Below are positions 1-8,882 of a stretch of 64,000 nt of DNA, one piece after another. Position numbers and translations under genes: made by a program. Position 1 is the first letter of the stretch. Every line of letters starts with the position of its first letter. The notes under the pieces are model-generated. The model was not told where the DNA came from and made no database searches. It was given only the letters and a program-made list of their open reading frames with translations. The stretch is from a virus (lineage: Duplodnaviria; Caudoviricetes), in IMG/VR virus record IMGVR_UViG_3300024259_001623. One strand, written 5' to 3'.

Positions 1-818
1 TCATCTATCCATTCTACATCTGTATTAATACCAACAAGCGTTATATTAAACAAACCAGAATCAATAATAATCTGATAATTATCATTTTTGTCTGTTTCTT
101 TAATCGTGATCATATCTTTCTTGGATTTAGATAAGATATTAAGAACAACAGGCATATGTTCGTTTCTAAACAGAATATCGAAGTCATCTGTAGAATCAGA
201 AGAGAAACAATCTCCTTCTACATCCAAAATGGAGAACAAGCCGCCAGTTCCAGAAACGAATCTCAGGTTCTTTGGCTTGTTAGTTGCCCTCATAACCCAA
301 TACAAGAATCTGTCTTTTTCTTGCTCATAACCAAATGCAAACTTAATCTTATTAACGGACGAAGAAAATACATCCCTGCTAACTTTGATATTGTTTTTTA
401 TCTTGTCAGCAACTTCAGGTAGCTCGATCAATTCATCAAAACAGATGATTGTTTGATATTGATCATTATCAGAAGCAGATATGATTTTTAGTTCTTTAGA
501 TCCATCAACAGATACCAGATCAAATATAACATTTTCATCGCCTGGGAACGAAAGAAGTGTATCACGCAAATGATTTGTATTTACGCTTACCTCACCTTCA
601 TCGTCGAACTCAACATTTAAATCATCTACATTTAAATCGTTTAGTTTTCCTCTGACAGCCATGTTGCCATTATAAGAGGATACAGTGATATCTTCATCAT
701 CAACAGAAATATTGATACGATCAACCCCATCAAAATCCTTTCTACCACCTTTTTGAGATACATCTAATACAGGAATAATTGCATCCAAAAAGTTTTTCGC
801 ATTAACTGAAAATTTCAT
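1..818 (-). CDS. dnaN: DNA polymerase III beta sliding clamp (3' end runs off the window; missing from the ORF track)
   Basis: Hand translation from ATG at 818 (SD AAGGAG upstream) is open to the window edge: MKFSVNAKNFLDAIIPVLDVSQK...DITVSSYNG...LRFVSGTGGLFSI...GINTDVEWID. This follows the DnaN pattern (MKF.I....L..AL..V; L..VATDG.RL). DnaX lies nearby. Confidence 0.75.
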   Translation of the reverse strand, partial: MKFSVNAKNFLDAIIPVLDVSQKGGRKDFDGVDRINISVDDEDITVSSYNGNMAVRGKLNDLNVDDLNVEFDDEGEVSVNTNHLRDTLLSFPGDENVIFDLVSVDGSKELKIISASDNDQYQTIICFDELIELPEVADKIKNNIKVSRDVFSSSVNKIKFAFGYEQEKDRFLYWVMRATNKPKNLRFVSGTGGLFSILDVEGDCFSSDSTDDFDILFRNEHMPVVLNILSKSKKDMITIKETDKNDNYQIIIDSGLFNITLVGINTDVEWID

Positions 819-858
819 ATTTTCTCCTTCGCTTATTTCGTATTTTAACTAAGACTCT

Positions 859-889
859 ATTTTATCAGTTTTTTTGCCACTTTTGTCAA
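859..889 (-). promoter_or_regulatory. Possible sigma70-type promoter for dnaN
   Basis: Minus strand TTGACA (889-884) and extended -10 TGaTAAAAT (-10 hexamer at 864-859). The 19 nt spacer is longer than ideal. Confidence 0.35.
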
Positions 890-1653
890 TCATCATTTTC
901 ATGATTTTGATATATTTTTTTCGCCTTGTATTTCACTCTAGAAAGAGCGTTATCAACGCTTTTAACATTAATCTCTACTTTATGTTTTTTAGATTCTTTA
1001 TTCTTATTATTTATTAATTCAGCTATTTTCTCATATGAGAAGTTCTGTCTATACAAAACAAATACTTGTCTTTCCAAATAAGACATTTTCCCCCACAATA
1101 GTTTAATTAATAAATTATAATCTTCTTTTTCACTGACATCTGATGCAACATTCCCACAATCATCGCTAGGAACTATGTCAGCTAATGAAACTGGTTCTTC
1201 TTGAGAATCGCTTTTAGATCTATCTTGATCTAGACTAATAGAGCTATTTAATACTTTTTGTTTACTCTGAAAAGAAGATTTTAATTTAGTAGATAAATGT
1301 CTTCTTATACATAAAGAAGCAAAACTATCAAATGGAGATATATTACTTCTCAAACTCCTAGTCGGATCATAATCTTTTATTGCTTTAAAACATAAAGCTA
1401 TCAGTGCCTCTTGAGTCAGGTCTTCAATTTGACAACCAGGTATATTCATCTTATACGATATTTGTTTTATTTTTGGTTGCATTAACTCAATTATCTCGTT
1501 AAATGCAATATTAACTTCCTTAGAATTTTTAGATTTTCTGACTATATCAACAAGATCGATAAATCTTTCTATTTTCTTTTGTCTTTTTGCGTCGGCTTCA
1601 GCATCATTTTTTTTCTTATTAGACCCAACCAGACTTTTTTTAGGTCTGGCCAT
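886..1653 (-). CDS. sigH: RNA polymerase sigma factor, SigH (Spo0H)-like
   Basis: DLTQEALIAL-KAIKDYD...FDSFASLCIRRHL...LNSSISLD and LERQVFVLY...SYEKIAE...VKSVDNALSRVKYK closely parallel Firmicutes SigH (FAELCITRQI, LNSYVSLD, KSIDNALQRVKRK). Confidence 0.8.
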   Translation of the reverse strand: MARPKKSLVGSNKKKNDAEADAKRQKKIERFIDLVDIVRKSKNSKEVNIAFNEIIELMQPKIKQISYKMNIPGCQIEDLTQEALIALCFKAIKDYDPTRSLRSNISPFDSFASLCIRRHLSTKLKSSFQSKQKVLNSSISLDQDRSKSDSQEEPVSLADIVPSDDCGNVASDVSEKEDYNLLIKLLWGKMSYLERQVFVLYRQNFSYEKIAELINNKNKESKKHKVEINVKSVDNALSRVKYKAKKIYQNHENDD

Positions 1654-1673
1654 ATAAACTACTCCTTGTATAT

Positions 1674-2777
1674 TTATTTTTTACTTTTGATCAATTCTAT
1701 TATCGACTCAATAACGAATTTCTCTAAATATACTTGAGGGTCCAAATTTACATTAATAGCCTTTTTAACATCAATTAAAGCATCCATCATAGATGTTACT
1801 AAAGTAGGAGGAACTTGTTTCGACTGGTGAACTAACTTCTTAACCTCTTCATCCAAAAATCCTAGACTAGACAAGCTATCTTCACAAGTTCTAGCCAATA
1901 ATAAATTCCTTAAATGATTATTTACACCTTTTATAATATTATCAGGGTTTTTTCCCTTTACCATTAACCTATCTAGTGTTAGAACAGAAGATGCAACGTT
2001 AATTTCTACAATATTTTTTATTAATTCATAAAATTCAGCTTCATCAATGGAACCTAATACTTTTTGAACTATTTCTGAACTAATATGATCTCCACCAGTA
2101 AAACTCAAAACAGTCTGCAAATTCTGCAAAGCATTCCTAACACTACCCTTAGCGGTTTTAGATATGACTTTTGCGGCATCTTCATCAATATCTATACTTT
2201 CTTGTTTAGATATGTTTAATATATGACCATTAAGATCTAGCCAGCTTACTTTTTCAAAATTCAGTGTTATACATCTTGAGTGAATGGTATCTTTAAGCAT
2301 TTGAGGGTCTGTAGTGCATAACAAAATACGCACGTTATTCGGTGGTTCCTCAATAAACTTCAACGCCGCCTCAGCAGCTTTACCGGTTAGTGAATGGCTT
2401 TCATCCAAGATGAAGTATTTAATTCTACAAGCCATTGGTGCAAACTGAGCTTCTTTCTTCAAATCTCTTATATCATCAATGCTTCTATTGCTGGCAGCAT
2501 CTAATTCCTTTACATCCAAAGATTTACCGGAGAATATGTCTTTACAGTTCTTACATTCTCCACATGGCTCCATAGTTCTGCCGTTCTCGCAGTTCTCCAT
2601 AGCAGCCATGATACGGGCAACTGAGGTCTTCCCACATCCTAAATTCCCCTCTAAAATGTAAGCATGATGCCAACTAGAATTCTTAAAAGAATTAGTCAAA
2701 GTTTGAACAGCTACTTCTTGACCTACTATTTCTGACAAACTTTTAGGTCTATATTTCAAAGCAAATGGTGTTAACAT
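1674..2777 (-). CDS. dnaX: DNA polymerase III clamp loader subunit gamma/tau
   Basis: KYRPKSLSEIVGQE; Walker A GNLGCGKTS; Cys cluster (CENG..EPCGECKNC); ELDAASNRSIDDIR; ILDESHSL; TIHSRC; GSVRNA. Confidence 0.95.
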   Translation of the reverse strand: MLTPFALKYRPKSLSEIVGQEVAVQTLTNSFKNSSWHHAYILEGNLGCGKTSVARIMAAMENCENGRTMEPCGECKNCKDIFSGKSLDVKELDAASNRSIDDIRDLKKEAQFAPMACRIKYFILDESHSLTGKAAEAALKFIEEPPNNVRILLCTTDPQMLKDTIHSRCITLNFEKVSWLDLNGHILNISKQESIDIDEDAAKVISKTAKGSVRNALQNLQTVLSFTGGDHISSEIVQKVLGSIDEAEFYELIKNIVEINVASSVLTLDRLMVKGKNPDNIIKGVNNHLRNLLLARTCEDSLSSLGFLDEEVKKLVHQSKQVPPTLVTSMMDALIDVKKAINVNLDPQVYLEKFVIESIIELIKSKK

Positions 2778-2788
2778 ATTATCTTCCT

Positions 2789-3559
2789 TTAAAACCCAGA
2801 ATAATCTCTTCTAGGCATCGTTCTAACATCTGGTCGAGGTCGAGGTTTAGGTTCTCTATTAAAATCTTCTACTTTATTATGCTCTTCTTCAGCAGCACTG
2901 TTCAAAGGTTCTCCGTTCTCATCCAATCCATTTTCATTCATTATTTGGATAAATTCCTCTTGAGTCAGATTACATATAAATTGTTCTTTGTCTTTGTCGC
3001 TAACAGGATCTCCGTTCTCATCACGTACAATTCTTTTGTCCTTCGAATTTAACTCTTTATATATATTTCTTATATCTTCTTCGCTATACCATCGAGCTTT
3101 AGTCTTGACTGTACTTATTTCCCCAGCTTCTTCTGGCTTTTTGACATGAGATTCTAGAATTTCTAGCATCTCTGCTTCTTTACCTTCATATGGTTTAGGA
3201 AGGTCGTTTAAATCGTCTGACAATAGCCCCAGTTCAATTCTTTTCTTAGTCTCGACTATAGCCATCAAATTCCAGATCGCTGCTGACAGATGATCCTCGT
3301 CCTCTAGACCCATAATGATTTTCATAAGATGTCTGTAGGCAGAATCTAAATACCGGCTAAGAGGTTGACCCTTTTCCCAATTTCTATCTCCATACTTCCT
3401 TGCACCATTCTCATAATGCCTAGCCATACGGAACAAAGCATATGCAGGAAAAAGATCATATCTTCCTTTTCCTTCATTTGTATCTCTTACACTTCCAGTC
3501 CCGAAATCTTGTCTATGACCACTATCTTTTACATCTTTAAATTCTTCCGATTTAGACAT
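2789..3559 (-). CDS. dATP/dGTP diphosphohydrolase (DUF5664-like) with long C-terminal extension
   Basis: FGTGSVRD..EGKGRYDLFP..AL.RMARHYENGARKYGDRNWEKG....RYLDSAYRHL...EDHLSAAIWN is the characteristic phage DUF5664 pattern. Confidence 0.85.
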   Translation of the reverse strand: MSKSEEFKDVKDSGHRQDFGTGSVRDTNEGKGRYDLFPAYALFRMARHYENGARKYGDRNWEKGQPLSRYLDSAYRHLMKIIMGLEDEDHLSAAIWNLMAIVETKKRIELGLLSDDLNDLPKPYEGKEAEMLEILESHVKKPEEAGEISTVKTKARWYSEEDIRNIYKELNSKDKRIVRDENGDPVSDKDKEQFICNLTQEEFIQIMNENGLDENGEPLNSAAEEEHNKVEDFNREPKPRPRPDVRTMPRRDYSGF

Positions 3560-3572
3560 TATTCTTCTCCAA

Positions 3573-4028
3573 TTAAATCTTTCTGATAAACATAATACCT
3601 TTTCTCTTCAACTCTTCATCATTGATATCGCTAACAAATTGCCCTTTGGTGTCCTGAGCATAGACTTTTTCAACTATATCATTGCGGAAATCTTTGATAA
3701 TCTTTCCAATATAGAATCTAGGAGTAGCGGTAATGTTTTCAATGTCAGTCTCTTCAACACATAAATCTTCATTATCTACTACATAAACTAGATGATTTCT
3801 AACGCCTTTTCTGCCAGCGTAAACCACACTTACTTCTTCATCATCTTCGTTGAAAAAATCAACCCAACAGGCTTCCCATTCTCTCTTTTGCTCGTCCAGA
3901 GTCAGGGCGTTAGCCATATTTTCCTCAAACACAATATCTTTAGCCTTATCAGATAATTCATTAATATCTTCTGATGTAGCCAAAATACTTTTCTGTCCGT
4001 ATTCATCTTGCATAACTAAATTATACAT
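3573..4028 (-). CDS. Hypothetical protein
   Basis: 151 aa ORF with SD (AGGAG), co-oriented and tightly packed. No recognised motif. Confidence 0.6.
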   Translation of the reverse strand: MYNLVMQDEYGQKSILATSEDINELSDKAKDIVFEENMANALTLDEQKREWEACWVDFFNEDDEEVSVVYAGRKGVRNHLVYVVDNEDLCVEETDIENITATPRFYIGKIIKDFRNDIVEKVYAQDTKGQFVSDINDEELKRKGIMFIRKI

Positions 4029-4064
4029 ATATTCTCCTTATAGAATCTTATTATTTCTTATATG

Positions 4065-4508
4065 TTATCTCAAAACCCAATCGACTTGATCATTGATCAG
4101 ATCAGGGATATCTTCCGTATCCATGTAGTCTACGCCAAAAGTTCTCAGCAAGTTGCCAAAGTCTTTCAGGTCTGGAGTGTTTACCTTGCCTTCTTTGTCA
4201 TCTTCGTATGGAATAGCATGTAATGCCGAGGCAACCAGAACAGCCTTATGCTTGTCATCTAACTCAGCCCAATCATTCAGATAGATAATGATATAATAGG
4301 CATATGCACAATCCATTCTAATTGGATATGGGACAGGCTTGACTTCGTAAAACTTTTTACCTTCTTTTCTTTCCTTGTTAGTTATAGCTACACACTTAAT
4401 AGTTTCTATATCCAAAGTTCCAAAAACCTCTGGGTACTTACTTACTAATTGAGAAGCCATATCCGAAAAATCATCTAAACTTGCGTACTCTGGTTTCAAT
4501 TGTGCCAT
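4065..4508 (-). CDS. Phage metallopeptidase-like protein, probably inactive
   Basis: YYIIIYLNDWAELDDKHKAVLVASALHAI...PDLKDFGNLLRTFG matches the phage metallopeptidase pattern (W..L...Q..ALV.HEL.H ... HD.EEF..IV.RYG), but HExxH reads ASALH. Confidence 0.55.
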   Translation of the reverse strand: MAQLKPEYASLDDFSDMASQLVSKYPEVFGTLDIETIKCVAITNKERKEGKKFYEVKPVPYPIRMDCAYAYYIIIYLNDWAELDDKHKAVLVASALHAIPYEDDKEGKVNTPDLKDFGNLLRTFGVDYMDTEDIPDLINDQVDWVLR

Positions 4509-4547
4509 TGTATTTCTCCTTTATATTTCGATTTTTATATTTTATCT

Positions 4548-5015
4548 CTAAAGACTTTCACTTTCTTTAGACTTGTTTAATTTCTTTTTTAATTTTTTGA
4601 GTTTTTTTTCTTGAGCTTTGCATTCTTTTTTCAATTCATCTAGCCTTTCCAAATCTTTCTTCAATTTGAATTCTTTCTTAACTATTTCGTTTTCAAAACC
4701 CAATAATATTTCAAAAATCCCTGCATTATCAACATTAATTCTTCCAATAGCTCTACCCACATCTTCCTGAGAAATTCTTTTCCAATCTTTACCTTTCTTT
4801 TTGATAAAGAAAGAACGCACATATTCTGGATGATTAGCCCAAGCGTCATAAGCATTGATATTTTCAGAATATCTGATAAAAGCTTCCAGGGTAGAATGTT
4901 CTTTTAAAAAATGAGCAGTATATGTTCTTCCCTCTAATTTAACATCTTTATCTTCATATTCATATTCTGGAAAATTATGCGTTATCCCGAAATCGTTAAA
5001 TAAACTTTCCATCAT
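4548..5015 (-). CDS. Hypothetical protein with C-terminal Lys-rich coiled coil
   Basis: 155 aa ORF overlapping the upstream gene. The C-terminus is K/E-rich and heptad-like. Confidence 0.55.
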   Translation of the reverse strand: MMESLFNDFGITHNFPEYEYEDKDVKLEGRTYTAHFLKEHSTLEAFIRYSENINAYDAWANHPEYVRSFFIKKKGKDWKRISQEDVGRAIGRINVDNAGIFEILLGFENEIVKKEFKLKKDLERLDELKKECKAQEKKLKKLKKKLNKSKESESL

Positions 5016-5544
5016 ATAATACCCACCTTTTATCTAGAGGAATTATTCCATCATTCAATTTTCCCATATAATCTAACCACTCTTCTACAGTATTAAAAAT
5101 TTCTTCATGTTTAGCAATAGCAAATAGCCAATCAGGAGCATGTTCTTTGCCTTGATCCACTATAGCAAATATAGGTTTACACTGTCTTTCTGCCGTTATC
5201 AATTCATCATGGCTTCCAAGAGTATAGATGTCCAAATTAATCTTAATTACTAAGAATTGACTATTATCAACCATTCTTAAATCTAGTCGTCTATAATCTT
5301 TAACATGTCTAGAAAGCTTATCGAATTCTCCATTCCTCTTCCATTCAACAGCTTTATTCTTTTCAAATCCAATCTCAGAACCTAAACCTTTTGGCTTATC
5401 AGTAGGATCAAAAAATTCAATTGGAATCTTTCTATTAATAACCTCTTCTTTTACTTGCCTTCTCCATGTAACTCCATCATCATCGACATAAGTGATAGGA
5501 CCAGCCAAATATCCTCTACCCCCTGCCAACATATTTTTACTCAT
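4996..5544 (-). CDS. Nucleoside 2-deoxyribosyltransferase-like protein
   Basis: YLAGPI...WRRQV...FFDP...DLRMVDNSQFLV...GSHDEL..A...KPIF matches the NDT / nucleotide N-glycosidase family, with the catalytic Glu in GS.DEL. Confidence 0.75.
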   Translation of the reverse strand: MSKNMLAGGRGYLAGPITYVDDDGVTWRRQVKEEVINRKIPIEFFDPTDKPKGLGSEIGFEKNKAVEWKRNGEFDKLSRHVKDYRRLDLRMVDNSQFLVIKINLDIYTLGSHDELITAERQCKPIFAIVDQGKEHAPDWLFAIAKHEEIFNTVEEWLDYMGKLNDGIIPLDKRWVLYDGKFI

Positions 5545-5557
5545 ACTTCTCTCCTAA

Positions 5558-6580
5558 CTAAATATCCAAATTGAATTTGGCTTTTTGACCAACATCAACA
5601 ACTATTTCCGGTGGTGTGCTTCTCAATAACAAATCGTCAATATTTATTCTTTTATATTCATCTCCATCATATATCATAATCAAATTGTCAACATGATTAT
5701 TTTCTATGGGAAAAACAAATTCTTTACCTAAAGTAGCATCTATTTCTTCTTTCATCCATCCAGCATCAACATGGGTTACTTCTAATTTTTCTGTATCTTT
5801 GATTATTCCATGATAATCTAATCGTATAGCAATAAGATCTATCACGGAATCTGTTACAATCTCGAATCCCCACTTAAAAGCATAAATTTGCCTAGGCTTA
5901 TTAAGACATATAAAAGATTGGCATCTATAATCATTTTCTTCTAAAATATCTTCTTTCCCAGCACTATTCATAAATTTTTTCTTCTTGTAACCATATGACT
6001 TGAATCCTGTTACTTTATTCCAGTTATCATTTTCGTTATCCCCAAGAATCTCTGACAAACTTTGATCTTCGGAATTTATTTTATGATCTTTTCTGCCTTT
6101 CCAAGTAGCAGATATCGCAACACTATCTTGTTTTTGATTTTCATCCGGGCCTGTAACTTTTCTACGAACTGACAAATTCGGAAGACTATGTAAAACATTG
6201 AAAGTGTGTCTTTTACCTTTTTCTTTGTACAAAAGATATAAAACCATATTAGGAGCTATTTTAGAAAAATGTTCTTCCAAAAATCTAAATGATTCATCCA
6301 TATTTTTGCAATATTTTATACCGTTCATTTCATCATCTTTACTTTTTTCAGGAGCCTTTGTTACTTCACACCACATATCCGAGAGTTCTGATTTAGTAAA
6401 ATTTTTCCATTTCTTAGCTTCATACTTAGAAAATTTTTTCTTCTCAGCTTCGGTAAACGCTTTAGCTGTAGCGCTATATTGCTCTGAACTTATATAACCC
6501 ACAGAACAATTTTTAATAGATGCGTTATATTGCCCTGGACTTGTATAACCCATAGAACAATTTTCTACAATCATTCCCAT
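5558..6580 (-). CDS. Hypothetical protein
   Basis: 340 aa ORF with a 17 aa tandem duplication at the N-terminus. No family recognised. Confidence 0.6.
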   Translation of the reverse strand: MGMIVENCSMGYTSPGQYNASIKNCSVGYISSEQYSATAKAFTEAEKKKFSKYEAKKWKNFTKSELSDMWCEVTKAPEKSKDDEMNGIKYCKNMDESFRFLEEHFSKIAPNMVLYLLYKEKGKRHTFNVLHSLPNLSVRRKVTGPDENQKQDSVAISATWKGRKDHKINSEDQSLSEILGDNENDNWNKVTGFKSYGYKKKKFMNSAGKEDILEENDYRCQSFICLNKPRQIYAFKWGFEIVTDSVIDLIAIRLDYHGIIKDTEKLEVTHVDAGWMKEEIDATLGKEFVFPIENNHVDNLIMIYDGDEYKRINIDDLLLRSTPPEIVVDVGQKAKFNLDI

Positions 6581-6581
6581 T

Positions 6582-8537
6582 TTATTTTTTGCTCTTAATG
6601 GGATCGCCCTCGGAATCTCTCATACCCTTACACTTAGGATATGTGCTGCATCCGAAGAACTTCCCGTACTTGCTCTTTCTTTCTATCATTTTCGATTTAC
6701 ACTTTGGACATTTGTGGTCGCTGTAAACAATTTCTTTTTTCTCTTTCTCAATGGGCTTCCCATCTTTACTTATCTTGGCAGTATACTTACAGTTAGGATA
6801 TCCACTACATCCATAAAACTTTCCAAACTTGGAATGCTTTAGAGAAAGTTTAGATTTACATTTAGGACAATCATAATCAGTTAAGTTAATTTTCTTCTTC
6901 AAACCATTAGCATTGTCTATATCCTTTTTGAGTCTAGTCCAAAACTTATCCAATACTGCTAGTTTTGCGGAGTTACCATTTGATACTTCATCCAACTCAT
7001 CTTCCATGCTAGAAGTAAATTTCAAATCTATAAAACAAAAATCTGCTTTAATGAGGAAGTCTGATACTCCAATTCCTAAATCCGTTGTAACAATAGATTT
7101 ACCTTTTCCTACTTCTACATATCCTCTAGCTTTCAACGTTTTTGGAATGGTGGCATAAGTACTAGGACGACCAATACCCATTTTTTCTAGTTCTTTAATA
7201 AAACTAGCTTCGCTAAACCTAGTTGGAGGCTTTGTTTGCTTCTTCTCTGTTTTTGCATCTATCAAAATGACTTTATCTCCGATCTTTAGATCAGGCAAGA
7301 ATTTATCAGATATGTCAGAATAATCCCAGACTAATCTGAAACCATCGAACATTTCTTTACTACCATTCGCCGAAAGTACATATTTTTGACATTTAAATTC
7401 AGCGCTTCTTCGTTCATATATAGCAGGAGACATTTGAGAAGCGACTACTCTCTTCCATACCATTTTATAAATCTTAGCTTCATCTGATCCGCTACCTATC
7501 CATTCTTTAACTAAAACATCTGTAGGACGGATAGCCTCATGAGCTTCTTGGGCATTCTTAGATTTTGCTTTGTAAAAATTCTTCTTACTAGGCAGATAAT
7601 CTTTTTTATAGTTATTCTTAATATAATCTACAGTGGAATCAACAAAATTGCTTACAATACTTACAGAATCAGTTCTATGATAAGTAATTGCCCCAACCTC
7701 ATATAACTTTTGAGCAGCTTTCATTGTTCTGTCAGGACTAAACCCTAAGAAACTAGATGCTGACTGTTGTAAAGTCGAAGTGGTGAAAGGAGCGTAAGGT
7801 TTAGCCTTTTCAGTCTTAACGTCATATTTAGACACCAATATATCTTTGGTTTTTAAGGTGTTTATAATCTCTTCTGCTTCTTTTTTCGTAGAGATATCTA
7901 GTGGCTTAGGAGTTTTGATCAGAGCTATTATCTTTTCATGTTTATCAGTTAATAGTTCTGTCTCAACTGGCCAGTATATAACTGGGATAAAACTTTTTAT
8001 TTCTTTTTCTCTTTCTGCAAGTATTCTCAAACCAGATGATTGAGTTCTGCCTGCTGAGGCTCCACCAGTTGCCTGTTTTACCAAGAAAGAGCATTTATAC
8101 CCGCACAGACGATCTAAAATTCTTCTTGCCTCATAAGCATCAACAAGGTCCATGTCGATATCAGCAGCATTATCTATAGCGTCCTTTACAGCCTTTTTGG
8201 TGATAGAGTTTGTCTTAGCTCTTTTGAATTTAGTGCCAGCAGGCAAATGAGTAGAAATGTGCCACGCAATCGCCTCGCCTTCACGATCTGGATCGGACAT
8301 AAGATAAACTGTATCTACTTTTTTAGCAGCTTTAAGAATATCGTTTAAAACTTTCTTCTTATCTGGCATAACTTCATAACTAGGTGTGAAGTTATTTTTA
8401 ATGTCCACACTGATCTTCTTTGCTGGCAAATCTATAACATGACCTACAGATGCCATACAATTATAATCTTTACCCAAATATGCTTTTGTCTTTTTCGATT
8501 TCGTAAAACTTTCTTGAATAACTAAGAACTTTGCCAT
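6582..8537 (-). CDS. topA: DNA topoisomerase I (type IA)
   Basis: Toprim motifs VIQES, ASVGHVIDLP and MSDPDREGEAIAWH; SAGRTQS; catalytic ITYHRTDS; AQEAHEAIRPT; GIGRPSTYA; two C-terminal C4 zinc ribbons (CPKC...GCSGYPNC). Confidence 0.97.
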   Translation of the reverse strand: MAKFLVIQESFTKSKKTKAYLGKDYNCMASVGHVIDLPAKKISVDIKNNFTPSYEVMPDKKKVLNDILKAAKKVDTVYLMSDPDREGEAIAWHISTHLPAGTKFKRAKTNSITKKAVKDAIDNAADIDMDLVDAYEARRILDRLCGYKCSFLVKQATGGASAGRTQSSGLRILAEREKEIKSFIPVIYWPVETELLTDKHEKIIALIKTPKPLDISTKKEAEEIINTLKTKDILVSKYDVKTEKAKPYAPFTTSTLQQSASSFLGFSPDRTMKAAQKLYEVGAITYHRTDSVSIVSNFVDSTVDYIKNNYKKDYLPSKKNFYKAKSKNAQEAHEAIRPTDVLVKEWIGSGSDEAKIYKMVWKRVVASQMSPAIYERRSAEFKCQKYVLSANGSKEMFDGFRLVWDYSDISDKFLPDLKIGDKVILIDAKTEKKQTKPPTRFSEASFIKELEKMGIGRPSTYATIPKTLKARGYVEVGKGKSIVTTDLGIGVSDFLIKADFCFIDLKFTSSMEDELDEVSNGNSAKLAVLDKFWTRLKKDIDNANGLKKKINLTDYDCPKCKSKLSLKHSKFGKFYGCSGYPNCKYTAKISKDGKPIEKEKKEIVYSDHKCPKCKSKMIERKSKYGKFFGCSTYPKCKGMRDSEGDPIKSKK

Positions 8538-8749
8538 TTTATCTCCATTTCGTGTCTATCAATATATTTTTGTCTTGAAACTTTTGAACTCAATTCCTGT
8601 ATTACTTTTTTCCTTATCTGCTCTGTTGTAAGATTATTTTTTTTCGCAAAAATGATTAACCTGTCGATAGAATCTATTTTTTCCCTCTCGGGAGGATCAA
8701 ATACTTTTTCTTTCATAAATTGATATATTATATTTTCAAAATGATTCAT
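8522..8749 (-). CDS. Hypothetical protein
   Basis: 75 aa ORF with SD-like AAGG; overlaps the topA start. Confidence 0.45.
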   Translation of the reverse strand: MNHFENIIYQFMKEKVFDPPEREKIDSIDRLIIFAKKNNLTTEQIRKKVIQELSSKVSRQKYIDRHEMEIKWQSS

Positions 8750-8760
8750 AAATAACCTTA

Positions 8761-8796
8761 TAAAAAAGGGGCTACATAAAGGGATTATGTAGCCCC
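8761..8796 (-). terminator. Intrinsic (rho-independent) terminator
   Basis: Perfect 12 bp stem GGGGCTACATAA / TTATGTAGCCCC (8768-8779, 8785-8796) with a 5 nt loop, followed by T6 on the minus strand. Confidence 0.8.
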
Positions 8797-8838
8797 GGGA
8801 TATAACCTTTCTACTAAAATTGTTATATAGAAAGGGAG

Positions 8839-8862
8839 ATATTAACTATATATAGTTAATAT
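8839..8862. promoter_or_regulatory. 24 bp perfect palindrome (possible operator or origin element)
   Basis: ATATTAACTATATATAGTTAATAT equals its own reverse complement and lies in one of the few intergenic gaps. Confidence 0.4.
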
Positions 8863-8882
8863 AATGAGACTAGAACCCTTTA

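Noticed and set aside
2789-3559. Calling a 2-aminoadenine (Z) or 7-deazaguanine genome from DUF5664
   Set aside because: The defining synthases (PurZ, DpdA and the preQ0 enzymes) are not in the window, so DUF5664 alone is insufficient.
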